Origin: Flectonema sp. DT1601
Taxonomy: Eukaryota
NCBI GenBank assembly: GCA_964019425.1
Contig: OZ025790.1
Span: 1,178,001-1,242,000, forward strand
Length of the DNA stretch: 64,000 nucleotides
Reading direction: 5' to 3'
Every line of letters begins with the position of its first letter. The stretch's first letter is position 1. The notes below the pieces were generated by a model. That model was not told where the DNA came from and made no database searches. It saw only the letters and a program-made list of their open reading frames with translations. The position numbers and the translations under genes were made by a program. This document shows positions 34,926-48,637 of this stretch, one piece after another.

Positions 34926-37900
34926 ATGATTCATGGAGAAACTTCGAATTTCAAGTCGAATGCAGCTCCCGTCATTGGAGCAGGAAATCAAACAACAAGA
35001 ACAATATGCATCATTGATTGTATGGCGAAATTCCCAGTCTGGGTTGTTGTCGTAGTCGGCATGCCATTACTATTCGTATCTTTGTATTCTCTAATGGAGT
35101 TGGTAGGGAGAGGAGTAAACCTAGACGATGATGCCGTTGATATTTTTACAATTGACGGAACTCATTCAAACATTAAACGCGTCGTTCAGAAAAGACATAA
35201 TAAAGTCGATGGATGGAGTGATACAGAACCGGTACCAAGTCGGATGATTTTAATTTTCTATTTGAAATCGCGTGACGATAACAACGTGTCATTTTTATCT
35301 TCTGAATCATCACTCAGATGGATTCGAGGCGTTGAGAAAAAAATTATCGACAAGACTTCAGGAGAGTCGTTGCCCTCTACTCTAACAAGGTATTTTTATC
35401 CATCTCAACGACTTGATGGTAGTTCAGTTCTCGATGGTAACGGAGATTTATATAACCAGCCGTTGGTGAGTACGATTCAGATATTAAATATGGACCCGGC
35501 ATTTAAATGGTACCATCCAAGTAATTCTATGTCGTCATCTGTGTTGAATTCGTATGAATTACGATCAGAATTCGTATTCGGAGGTCATAATCTCACCGAG
35601 TCATCCTCAGCCATTAATCCTTATTATCACTCTGTGAACCATCATCGTGACGCTTTGGCATATCTCTTTCAAGTTCGATTCCCTGGAATTGGTATTCGCA
35701 TTCAACTAAACGCCGCATTTTCGGTGTTATTCAATGTCGGTTATTATCAGGGTAATTGGCTGATACTGTCGACGATGATGTTGGTGTTGTTGTTGGTTTG
35801 GATTTCTACGAAATCGCTTTTCTGTGCGGTTGCTGCGGTTTTTGCTATAATCATTCAGACTTATATTGGAACCTTTATATTGAAGTTGACAGCTGGCAGA
35901 CTGGAAAAACAAAGCCACGACATCGCTTCCGTAGCATGCCAGTTCATAACTGTTCCCCTAGCCACGTGTGACACTATGACTGTTTGGCAACAGTTCTGTG
36001 ACTCTGGTGAGATTCACAATAGGGGTAAAAAAAACACTTTAACAGTTCCTCACAGACTTGCTTACACTGTTCGAAATTCTTATCCACCGATATGCTTTTC
36101 TTTATTATCAAGAATGAGTGTTTCTCTTATTGTTTTATCATCAAAATTACGTCAAGTTCAATTCCTGGAGTCGGTTGGATTTATCATTTTTGGACAAACA
36201 GTAATAGCAACAGTTTTGTTTGGTGTTGTCCTACCAGCATGTATTATAATACATCATTATCATCTCTCTGGTGATCCGAGAATGTTTCAAAAACAGAAGG
36301 AAGCTTTCATAAGACTTCGACAAGGCGTCAATAACAAAACAAAAAACCATTTTAACTCAATGGTTATGGCAATGCGAGATAACTACAAGTATAATGGATG
36401 TGGTGGTTCTCTGGCTAGTGAAGTTTGTGTTACTTGTACTTCTGATGTTGTTGGGGGCTCTGATGGGGGAATTGATCAGAAAAGTGAGCTTCAGCATAAC
36501 GAAAGTCTTATTCTACCTCGACTAGGACTCTTTTGGGGAATTCGAAAATCTACCAAACAAAACACTCAAGCCGAAGGAAGCTGGTCAAACATTCCATCAG
36601 AAACACACTTGTTAAGACGATCAAGAAGAAAACAACTTCCTAGTGAGGTCATAAAGCTTCCTTTAGAATGGACTTTAGTATCAAGTGGAAAGTATGGCCG
36701 ACTTGCTTCTCAAGCAGCTCTGGCTGCCAACTCAACAACAGCAGAGAGATCGTTGCGTCAAATTAACCAAATTATTAATAATTATACTTTTGATAATGAT
36801 GTTGGATCACCAAGACAGACTTGTGCCCGTTCCACAAACGTAATTACTACTCATTGCCGCAGTGGGGAATATCACAGAGTGATTTATAATCATTTTAGTT
36901 CTTTTGCGGGATTTTCGATTAAGTTTAAATTGTTACCGCAGACTCAAAGAGATACTTCAACTCAACGAACAGCTATTCGTCGTATCCCTCAGGTTACTGA
37001 GGTTTTGTGTGATGTTTTCTCAAACGGAGCTGACGGTCGTTTATTCAAACCCGAGAATAAGACTCCTCGAAGTGAGAAGCGAAGCAGCGATTTAAAAAAA
37101 TTATCCATGCGGTCAAATGATAGAGAAGGACTTGTGGCTGTGACGCAACACCGAGATACTGAAACTACTGGATGCGCCAGGTTTATTCCTTGCTATGAGT
37201 ATTGGAAAGTAAGATTAAAAAAAGATGCACCAAAAAGGAAGTACGTTGTATTTGGAAAACGTGTAAACGAAACTCAACAAGAACGAGACAGGAGGATAAT
37301 CTCAACTGAGATAAACAGACCCTCTCCACCATTTGTAGACAAAGTAATCGATTCAATACTGCCGGTTGTGTTTAGGTTTAGATGTATTGTTGTTGGGTTC
37401 TTTGTTATTATATCAGTCTTGCTATTGTGCTTCTACGACCTCGACATCTCATCCTCTACTGTTGGAGATTTGATGAAATTAATGTTGTCATCAGTAGATA
37501 GTTCAGCAACCCTTTCATACTATGAGTTTGATTATTCATGTGGTCCTGACTGTTTACCAACAGAAGAAGTACTTCAGTTAACTTCTACAAGATTACCACC
37601 TGGAATAACCAATGAAGTCATAGACACATGTGATCCATTAGTATCCTATCACAGACATATCAATGCTTGTGGTCGTTGTGTCCCACAGTTATCCATCTCA
37701 GAAGACAGTTGTATACAATTTGATTGTTCAGGAGTCCAGTTCGGAATGAAAACATTAAATTCATGTGGTGGTTGTGTTCAGAAATCTGAAACCGAAACAT
37801 GCGTCAAAACTTTAAATAATTGTGATGATGAAGACCCACCAACAACATGTGGTCACGGCTACTGCCACAACAACACATGTGTTTGTAACGGTTCTTGGAT

Positions 37901-39098
37901 TGGTCAAAACTGTGATGAGTGTCCAGAGACATGTTCACAACACGGATCCTGTCCAACTGAAAGCATCCCAACCTGCTCTTGCAGAGGATCTTGGCAGGGA
38001 AAATATTGTGACTTCTGTCCTGGATATCAATGTGACCCGTCGGGTAACATCTTAGGATGTGATGGTAAAATTAACAGCTCAGCAGTCATAAATTCTTGTG
38101 GAGTCTGTGGTAGTCCAGATTCAACTTGTAAATATAATCCAGAGTTGGCAGGTGATTTTCTGAACCGAATCTCATACACTACTACTATCCTGGTTCACAA
38201 CACCTCTTTAGAAGAAATGTTGCATTTGAGAAGGAAATGTGTTTCTTGGAATGAGTATGCAAAAGTTATCAGCTGTCCGTTACTGTATTTTGAAAGTGAA
38301 ATACTGCAAAACTCTTCAGAGCTTCAGAAAGAGTGGAACAAGTCTCCAAGGAGTGTTTCACGAGACATGTCTATTATAGATCAGCGGGTTGAGTGGGTGG
38401 TGATAAAAGTTGCTTTGCATGTGTCAGATGAGGAGATTTCTGTTGCAAATTTCAAAATTTCGAGTACACAATTGGAAAAAGAACGTTCGGAAGAAATAAC
38501 AAAACCAACTCTGAAGAAAATATATTTAACAGCAGTCGTAGTCTTAGTAATTACGATTTATGGTATTCGAGTGCTGTCGTTTAGACTTTGTGTCTGTGCT
38601 TTGATCTCAGCTGGATCGTGCATGCTTATTTGTGTTAGTATTTATAATGGTATTGGCTGGAAGATAACGTCGATTGACTACTTGTGTTTGTTTTTTGGAA
38701 TCTTTTATTGGACGTGTGCGACCACTCACAGTATTGCAGGGTATCAGTACGAGTTGGACTTTTCCCGTCATTCCCTCCTGTCTCGAAAGGTAACTCGCTT
38801 CAATGCCGTATCAGTGATGCTAAAAAGAACAGCTTCACCGATAATAACGTCAGCCTTATGCATGATTGGTGTTTGTATTTCTTTGACTTTTTCCGATCTC
38901 GGTCTTTGGTTCTCTCTATCTCTTAGATTGTTCCTGTTAACAATAATAATAGTTGTGCATACGCAGTTTTTGTTTCCATGTTTGTTGATATGTATTGGTC
39001 CGACGGCTTTGTTTTGGCCAGCGCATTCCAACATCATGAGACTAATTGGAACTTTATTATTTATGGTTATTACAGGCGTATCGTGTTTATCCTCATAG
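34926..39098 (+). CDS. Second, intronless Dispatched/Patched-like SSD protein with EGF-like repeats (paralogue of 24015-30481)
   Basis: Shared motifs NTLTVPHRLA / NTLNVPQRLA, RSRRKQ, GKRVNET..DRRI, W.G..C..CP.TC.QH..CP, LKRTASPI / LQRTGVPI. Confidence 0.85.
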   Translation: MIHGETSNFKSNAAPVIGAGNQTTRTICIIDCMAKFPVWVVVVVGMPLLFVSLYSLMELVGRGVNLDDDAVDIFTIDGTHSNIKRVVQKRHNKVDGWSDTEPVPSRMILIFYLKSRDDNNVSFLSSESSLRWIRGVEKKIIDKTSGESLPSTLTRYFYPSQRLDGSSVLDGNGDLYNQPLVSTIQILNMDPAFKWYHPSNSMSSSVLNSYELRSEFVFGGHNLTESSSAINPYYHSVNHHRDALAYLFQVRFPGIGIRIQLNAAFSVLFNVGYYQGNWLILSTMMLVLLLVWISTKSLFCAVAAVFAIIIQTYIGTFILKLTAGRLEKQSHDIASVACQFITVPLATCDTMTVWQQFCDSGEIHNRGKKNTLTVPHRLAYTVRNSYPPICFSLLSRMSVSLIVLSSKLRQVQFLESVGFIIFGQTVIATVLFGVVLPACIIIHHYHLSGDPRMFQKQKEAFIRLRQGVNNKTKNHFNSMVMAMRDNYKYNGCGGSLASEVCVTCTSDVVGGSDGGIDQKSELQHNESLILPRLGLFWGIRKSTKQNTQAEGSWSNIPSETHLLRRSRRKQLPSEVIKLPLEWTLVSSGKYGRLASQAALAANSTTAERSLRQINQIINNYTFDNDVGSPRQTCARSTNVITTHCRSGEYHRVIYNHFSSFAGFSIKFKLLPQTQRDTSTQRTAIRRIPQVTEVLCDVFSNGADGRLFKPENKTPRSEKRSSDLKKLSMRSNDREGLVAVTQHRDTETTGCARFIPCYEYWKVRLKKDAPKRKYVVFGKRVNETQQERDRRIISTEINRPSPPFVDKVIDSILPVVFRFRCIVVGFFVIISVLLLCFYDLDISSSTVGDLMKLMLSSVDSSATLSYYEFDYSCGPDCLPTEEVLQLTSTRLPPGITNEVIDTCDPLVSYHRHINACGRCVPQLSISEDSCIQFDCSGVQFGMKTLNSCGGCVQKSETETCVKTLNNCDDEDPPTTCGHGYCHNNTCVCNGSWIGQNCDECPETCSQHGSCPTESIPTCSCRGSWQGKYCDFCPGYQCDPSGNILGCDGKINSSAVINSCGVCGSPDSTCKYNPELAGDFLNRISYTTTILVHNTSLEEMLHLRRKCVSWNEYAKVISCPLLYFESEILQNSSELQKEWNKSPRSVSRDMSIIDQRVEWVVIKVALHVSDEEISVANFKISSTQLEKERSEEITKPTLKKIYLTAVVVLVITIYGIRVLSFRLCVCALISAGSCMLICVSIYNGIGWKITSIDYLCLFFGIFYWTCATTHSIAGYQYELDFSRHSLLSRKVTRFNAVSVMLKRTASPIITSALCMIGVCISLTFSDLGLWFSLSLRLFLLTIIIVVHTQFLFPCLLICIGPTALFWPAHSNIMRLIGTLLFMVITGVSCLSS

Positions 39099-39465
39099 CG
39101 GCTCACCTTCTGGTGACGCAGTGCAAGACTGCTATAGGTGGGTTCAGATATGTTTATTGCCTTTTGATATTTAATGAAGAGGTAACCTGATTGTGTGTCT
39201 AACATAAAATTAATGATCTGTTTTTTTTTTTTTTTTTTTTTTTTTTTGTTGCGACTTTCAAGAAACTAATTTTTTTTAAAAAAAAAAAATGTGTTTAAAA
39301 ACCTTGTTTGTTTATGTTAGTGAATACAACTTTTTTTATAATTTTTTTTTTTTTAATTTTTTTTTTTTTTTTTTGACAGAGTGCTCCCCACCCCCCTGTT
39401 GCTGGAGGTTCTCTACTCCACAACACCCGCTCACTTCTCGACTTCGCAACTCTTGACAACTCAAC

Positions 39466-43094
<3,629 letters not shown>

Positions 43095-44887
43095 TATGTG
43101 TCTACAGACGTTTAAGTGATTTCCTTTTTCTCATCCCCCCAGCTGAAAACCCTTTTTTTTTTTTTTTTTTTTTTTTTAATTTCACGAATACTGATACTGA
43201 TACCTGGTTTTATTTATTTTAATTTTTTCATTTTTCCCGGAAATGCAACAACGACAACAACAAAAAAAAAAAAAAGAGAAAAAAAAAAAATGACACATTT
43301 TTAAAAAATGCAAACTTGCCACCTCTGTCTCTGAAATTACTCTTCCGTTGTCGGTGGAGCTCTCTCACAAGAAGATTAACTCTGACGTTTCTTTTTACGA
43401 TAATTAGCTTGTCAGAAGTCTTGCAGCTCTATAGACTGGAAGAACAACCAGGTTTTACACTTTTGTTAAAGACTCCGTTTTTCATAACTTAGAACTTTTG
43501 TTGTCGGGTGTGGATAGACTCATTCTCTCATCCCTATTCTCGAACATGTGAAAAGCGTGCGCGATGTTAATCTTAAGGTCTCGGCAGCTTAATTGCTTGC
43601 TAGAGTCTCATGTCACTACACACTTTGTGTGTTTTATTTATTTATTTTTTTGCTTTTTTCCCGTTTGCGAGTAAAACGGCTGTGTCAAGACATCGTCGAG
43701 GGGTGGGGGTGGGATTATTTTCCCCTCCCCCTTTTTTTTTTTTGGTTGTGTTGTTGTTTCGTCTGGCTTTTTATAAAGTTTAAAGAGGGTCAGAAAGTAC
43801 CTTAAACCCAGTCAGTTTTTTGGTAATAAGACGACACGAGTCTTGGGGCGTTCACAATCAAGTCTTCGGGGACAGGGATCCGCTTGAAGAAAGATTGGCA
43901 CTTTTGACTTTTAAATCTCGCTGATTGGAAAGTCTCTTTAACCCATGCGCGGAATGGAAGATGCTGAAGAGAGGAAAAATATAACTATACTAACCCAAAA
44001 ACATGCGAACCTTAGACGGGTTTAACCGAATGAAAAGCTACGTTTTTTTTCTTCTTTTCTTTTTTACAACTAGAGTGGTACGCCTTGATTTTCAATTTCT
44101 CCCCCAATCTTTATTCCCTTTTCCCTTTTTTAAGAAAAAAAAAAAAAAAAAAAATGTTTTCGTTTATGCAAACCGACAGCTAGTTACTAGCTTAAAAAAA
44201 ATAAAGTTTTTTTTTTTTTTTTTTTTTTTAAAAATAGCAAAAAAAAAAAAACAAACAAATGATTAATACGGCCCAATCTAAAGAGGTGCCACCGAGAACT
44301 TAAACAAAAGAAATGAGAGGAAAACGCACAGTATCTGTTCTTAACTATTGATTGGTTTCTCATTTAACACTGTGAAGGGCAAGAAGAAGTGTGTATGAAT
44401 GCCCTGATTAGTGTGGCCTCCCTTTCGTTGCTTATGTCTCTTTTTTGTCCCCACCACTTTCTTGTTTCCCCTCCCTTTAAAAATAGTAAAAATAAATTGG
44501 ACCTTAAGAAAACTAAAAAAACAAAACAAAACAAAAAAAAACACACGCAAAAAAAAAAAAAAAAAAAGGAGGGGAAAAGGCAGGGTTTCTTTATTTGAAA
44601 AAAAAAGAAAAAAAAAAAAAAGAGAGTTGAGGTAATTCAGTTTGCTGCTTTTGAAAAAAAAAAAACAATAATAATAATAATAATAACTTAATTTAAAAAA
44701 AAAAAAAAAAAAGACTAAGAGGAGAGTAACTGGATAGTTTTGTGCTCGCAGGAAAGGCGCGACTCGTACTACGAACTTGCACTGCCTATTCATATGTCTA
44801 TAAGGATCACTCTTTTTTTACATTTCTTCAGGAAACACAATTTCAGATACGAATCACTTATCAGAGTAGTGATAATAAGAAGATCTA

Positions 44888-46102
44888 ATGAGTGCCGTAT
44901 CACTCGCTGAAGAGATCTGTGATCTCCGTCAGCAACTTAAAAATGGGAAGATGTCCGAAAGTGAGTTCCGCAAAGAACTCGACAAAATGCTCATCGATTA
45001 CGGAGGAGGAGGGGAAGGCATTGAAAAAAATCACTTAGACGTTGAAGCTGGCAATGCTATGGACAGCGCTAAAAAAGAATTACTCTCTCAGGAACACAAG
45101 AAGAGAAAGGAGCTGATGAGAGCCGCAAAAGGCAGTGGAATGGGACCAACTGGTCAGCAACAACCCCCCTCTCCTCCGAAACAATTGCGTGTTTCTGATG
45201 TGCAGTTTAAGTCAATTCTAGGGGAGGGTGCTTTCGGAAAGGTTTTTCTTGCCTTACGCCGTGACACAGGTGCGTTTGTTGCTGTCAAACATATCACTTT
45301 TGAAAAAGGTGTCAGTGCGGGTGAAGTTCAAAAAGTTGTCAACGAAATAAAACTGATGAAGGAAATAAGCGGCCATCGCAATATTACAAAATATCTATCG
45401 GCTGAACGTCGGTTGGGACAAGATGGTATTCCGGAGTTGTTTATATTCATGGAATACGTTCCAGGAGGGTCACTGAGCTCTGTTGCTCAGGCATCTCATA
45501 TTGTCGCACACAACACAACACCATTAACAGCTGTAACTGATCAAAGTAAAAAAGGATTTAGTGATGGCAACCAAGACGCTGGACTTGATGAAGAAACTGT
45601 TCGGCAATACACTTATCAAATGGTTGTGGGACTTGCTCATCTACACTCCAAATCAATCATCCACAGAGATATCAAAGGTGATAACACACTAGTCGATGTC
45701 GATGGTTGTGTCAAGTTGGCCGATTTTGGAACAGCTGCATACGTCAACCAATGCAAGGTACAATGTGGAACACCGTATTTTATGGCTCCTGAAGTGACTT
45801 TTTGTCCAGAAGATGTACACGGTCATGGTAAGAAGGTTGATATCTGGTCACTGGGGGTAACCGTTATCCAATTGTTGAACGGTTCTCCACCCCTCCTTAA
45901 TTCAAACCCAGATGCTGTAGAGGTAATGTTTGGAGTCGCAGCTGGTGTTCTCGATCCTCTGAGTGAAGTCCCTGACTATGCATCAGACGCGTTTAAAAAC
46001 TTCGTAAGTTCATGTCTTCAGAGAGAACCTGATTTGAGGCCATCAGTCGAAGAACTTTTACAACACGAATGGCTGAGAGATGTTTCAATTGAAAATCAAT
46101 AG
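44888..46102 (+). CDS. STE11/MEKK-like (MAP3K) protein kinase
   Basis: LGEGAFGKVF, VAVK, LFIFMEYVPGGSL, HRDIKGDN, DFG, GTPYFMAPE, DIWSLG. Confidence 0.9.
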   Translation: MSAVSLAEEICDLRQQLKNGKMSESEFRKELDKMLIDYGGGGEGIEKNHLDVEAGNAMDSAKKELLSQEHKKRKELMRAAKGSGMGPTGQQQPPSPPKQLRVSDVQFKSILGEGAFGKVFLALRRDTGAFVAVKHITFEKGVSAGEVQKVVNEIKLMKEISGHRNITKYLSAERRLGQDGIPELFIFMEYVPGGSLSSVAQASHIVAHNTTPLTAVTDQSKKGFSDGNQDAGLDEETVRQYTYQMVVGLAHLHSKSIIHRDIKGDNTLVDVDGCVKLADFGTAAYVNQCKVQCGTPYFMAPEVTFCPEDVHGHGKKVDIWSLGVTVIQLLNGSPPLLNSNPDAVEVMFGVAAGVLDPLSEVPDYASDAFKNFVSSCLQREPDLRPSVEELLQHEWLRDVSIENQ

Positions 46103-46233
46103 TCAGATCACCTTCTTTTGTTATATATTGTATTCTATTTATGTTATTTTGTTTCAATTATGTTAATTGAGATCTCTTTGTCTTCGTCATCCTTTCGATG
46201 TTATTTCCCTTGACAGCACACCCCACACACGAA

Positions 46234-47922
46234 ATGTCTAAGTTCGAAGTAACTGAAAGTATCATAAGTTTGATTTTACAGAAATTGAGTGGCACCAATA
46301 AGAAGAATGAAAAAGTTCAAAAAGATTTGAAAACCTATTCGAGGAGGATTAATCCAAATTATCCCAGTATTGGAGAACGATTGGTGTGCGTCGTGGTGGG
46401 ATGCGAATCTATAAAAGACATACAAGCAGGAGATGTAACAGGAGTTAATACTTTCAAAGCCCTTCACGAGAGAGCAATCCCACACAACATCGACATTGGA
46501 GATATCGTTGCGGGTGGTTACTCAGTCTTCAGCAAAGTAGTATTAGCTGAGAGTACAAGTGAAGACAATTCAGAATTATTTTCTATCTTTCGAGAACTTG
46601 CTCAACTCTTATCAATTCACTACGGTAGTTACCAGAGCGATAGGTATTATTGGGTTGATACTGATGTGGAAATTACAAATGTTGGGTTCGATTCCTTCTC
46701 AGGTCTGGATCTTATTAATCGAAAGCAAGTCGTTGTTGAAAGGCTTCTTTCTGCGCACAGCAATCAAATTGATAGTTTGCAAGATAAAGGATACAAAATA
46801 GTCGGTGGAGAGGTAATAAGTAATAATATAAACAGCTGGCTCGTGTCTGAGTCTAAGATAATATCAGCGGGTGGCTATGGGTGTGTTTACCGAGCAAACA
46901 GTAATGAACACAAAGTCGACGTCGCAATGAAATTATCAAAAATTCCTGACAGTGATTGTAAATACGGACTTGCGCAAGAAGCTGAGCGTTTGAGAGAGTT
47001 AGAGCAATCAAACTGCAGGAGATTCGCACCGCTTTTGGAAGAAATATTCTTAGAAGATGAGGAGGCAACTGTTTTGATACTTCCCTGGTACTCGAGAGGG
47101 TCGCTGGGAAAATACTGTTCCAACCAACCTGGCAGACGACTTCCTGCTTGGCAAGCAGTCGTTTACTTCAGACAATTGCTTGAGGCTCTTGACTGGCTTT
47201 CAGAAAGAGATATCATCCACAGGGATATAAAACCTGATAATCTACTAATAGAGGATAACTTATCGGGTGTTGTTTTAATCGATTTTGGACTTTGCCGAAA
47301 TGAAACAATAAACAGCACAGCGACAGTTGCCGTTGGGACTAAATACTTTCTGGCTCCGGAAGTAGAATGCGAAACTGACTACGGGACACTCGTAGACTGT
47401 TACTCTGCTGGTGTTACTCTTTTTAATATTTTAACAGGAGAGCTACCAACACCTGAAGGAGTTATAACTGATTCTCATGTTTATCGTCTACTCGTTAGGA
47501 GTCTTGTTGAATTCTCAGGACTCAGCGAAGTAGACGCCAAGGCTGTCATATTAATCATTCAGGGTACTCTTTGTAAGGATAAACGTTGCAGGAATAGTGC
47601 TGCTTACATGCTCAAAGATCCAACTTGTGATGTTTATGATGTTATTCGAAAGGCAAAATTCGATGCGGCAGCGCTCGTCAAGAATGAACAAAAATCGCTT
47701 CAAAGTAGTCGTTCAGTTGTTGATCCTGTTTCAGCTGTGGTTGATAAGAAGGAGGATAGTTTCTATCAGCCAAGTAATGAAAAAGCACCTCGAAAACCAA
47801 CACGTTCGTGGTTTGGATCGGTTGTGGATACTCTGTTTCCAGGACCAGATCAGAGATCTATTTTAGTTGACAAGAACTTACATGATTCCTGTGGGGGTGT
47901 TGACACAGATGCATTCGCATAG
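46234..47922 (+). CDS. Ser/Thr protein kinase with an uncharacterised N-terminal domain (start probably ATG 46234, after the acceptor at 46216)
   Basis: AGGYGCVY, VAMK, HRDIKPDN, DFG, GTKYFLAPE, DCYSAG. Confidence 0.88.
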   Translation: MSKFEVTESIISLILQKLSGTNKKNEKVQKDLKTYSRRINPNYPSIGERLVCVVVGCESIKDIQAGDVTGVNTFKALHERAIPHNIDIGDIVAGGYSVFSKVVLAESTSEDNSELFSIFRELAQLLSIHYGSYQSDRYYWVDTDVEITNVGFDSFSGLDLINRKQVVVERLLSAHSNQIDSLQDKGYKIVGGEVISNNINSWLVSESKIISAGGYGCVYRANSNEHKVDVAMKLSKIPDSDCKYGLAQEAERLRELEQSNCRRFAPLLEEIFLEDEEATVLILPWYSRGSLGKYCSNQPGRRLPAWQAVVYFRQLLEALDWLSERDIIHRDIKPDNLLIEDNLSGVVLIDFGLCRNETINSTATVAVGTKYFLAPEVECETDYGTLVDCYSAGVTLFNILTGELPTPEGVITDSHVYRLLVRSLVEFSGLSEVDAKAVILIIQGTLCKDKRCRNSAAYMLKDPTCDVYDVIRKAKFDAAALVKNEQKSLQSSRSVVDPVSAVVDKKEDSFYQPSNEKAPRKPTRSWFGSVVDTLFPGPDQRSILVDKNLHDSCGGVDTDAFA

Positions 47923-47944
47923 ACCAACTGACATATATCTTACT

Positions 47945-48163
47945 TACTAACTCAGACTAAGGCTGAGAAGGGCAAACGCGATGAGTAGGACAGGCCTGAC
48001 ACCGTAGTGTCCCCCTTGCTTTCTTCGCTGAAGAGGGCTGAGTAAGGGGAATGGTCCGAAGAAAGATTGTTTTTAATCTTAGCCCGAAACCAACTTGTTT
48101 GTTGTCCTACGGAATTTTGCTTTTTTTTGATTGACTGATAATTATTAATACTAACTCAGACTA
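47945..48163 (+). mobile_element. Short non-coding retro-type element (~190 bp) with a perfect 15-bp TSD
   Basis: TACTAACTCAGACTA at 47945-47959 and 48149-48163; 3' part shared with 18998-19125. Confidence 0.88.
48019..48092 (+). ncRNA. Candidate hammerhead ribozyme, non-circularly permuted
   Basis: CTGAAGA (48028-34), GAAA (48086-89), GTC (48054-56); stem I CTTTCTTCG/CGAAGAAAG, stem II GGGCTGAG/CTTAGCCC, stem III ACCA/TGGT. Confidence 0.7.
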
Positions 48164-48637
48164 CGGTCACTCCCGTCTACGTAATGTAAACAACCCCTTT
48201 TGGTGGATCTGATTTCTTTCTTTCTGTCTTCGCTCAATGTATTGTTTCGAAGTATCTGCTGGTTAATTCCCTGTTTGCCTCACTTACCCTTTCTCAGGGA
48301 AGATTGGTGGATACTGAAAAAAAAAAAAGGAGAAGTTGGCCTGCCTTGGTTATACTTCTTAACTGCGCGATGAAGTAGTCCATTTCTGTGTAGTGTTTTT
48401 ATTAATTCAGCCTCGGAGGTGTCTTATTGGGTTTTGTGGTTTTTTCCCCTTGGTTTTTGATCCCAAAAGGAAAATTTTTTCTTTTTTGGATTATCGCAAA
48501 AAGTAACCCTGTTGTCATACCTTGTCGGGGGGAATAAGATTTGTTAATATGAAGAAAGGTCTTTTTCTATTTTTTTTTTTTCCCCCTTCTTTTCTTTACA
48601 ATTATTCTTTTGTCAAGGATATCTGCAAAACGATAAT

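Noticed and set aside
48028..48112. Conventional type I hammerhead reading using the GTC at 48104-48106
   Set aside because: The downstream CTACGG cannot pair with the CTTTCTTCG upstream of CUGAAGA. The permuted pairing gives a perfect 9-bp stem I.
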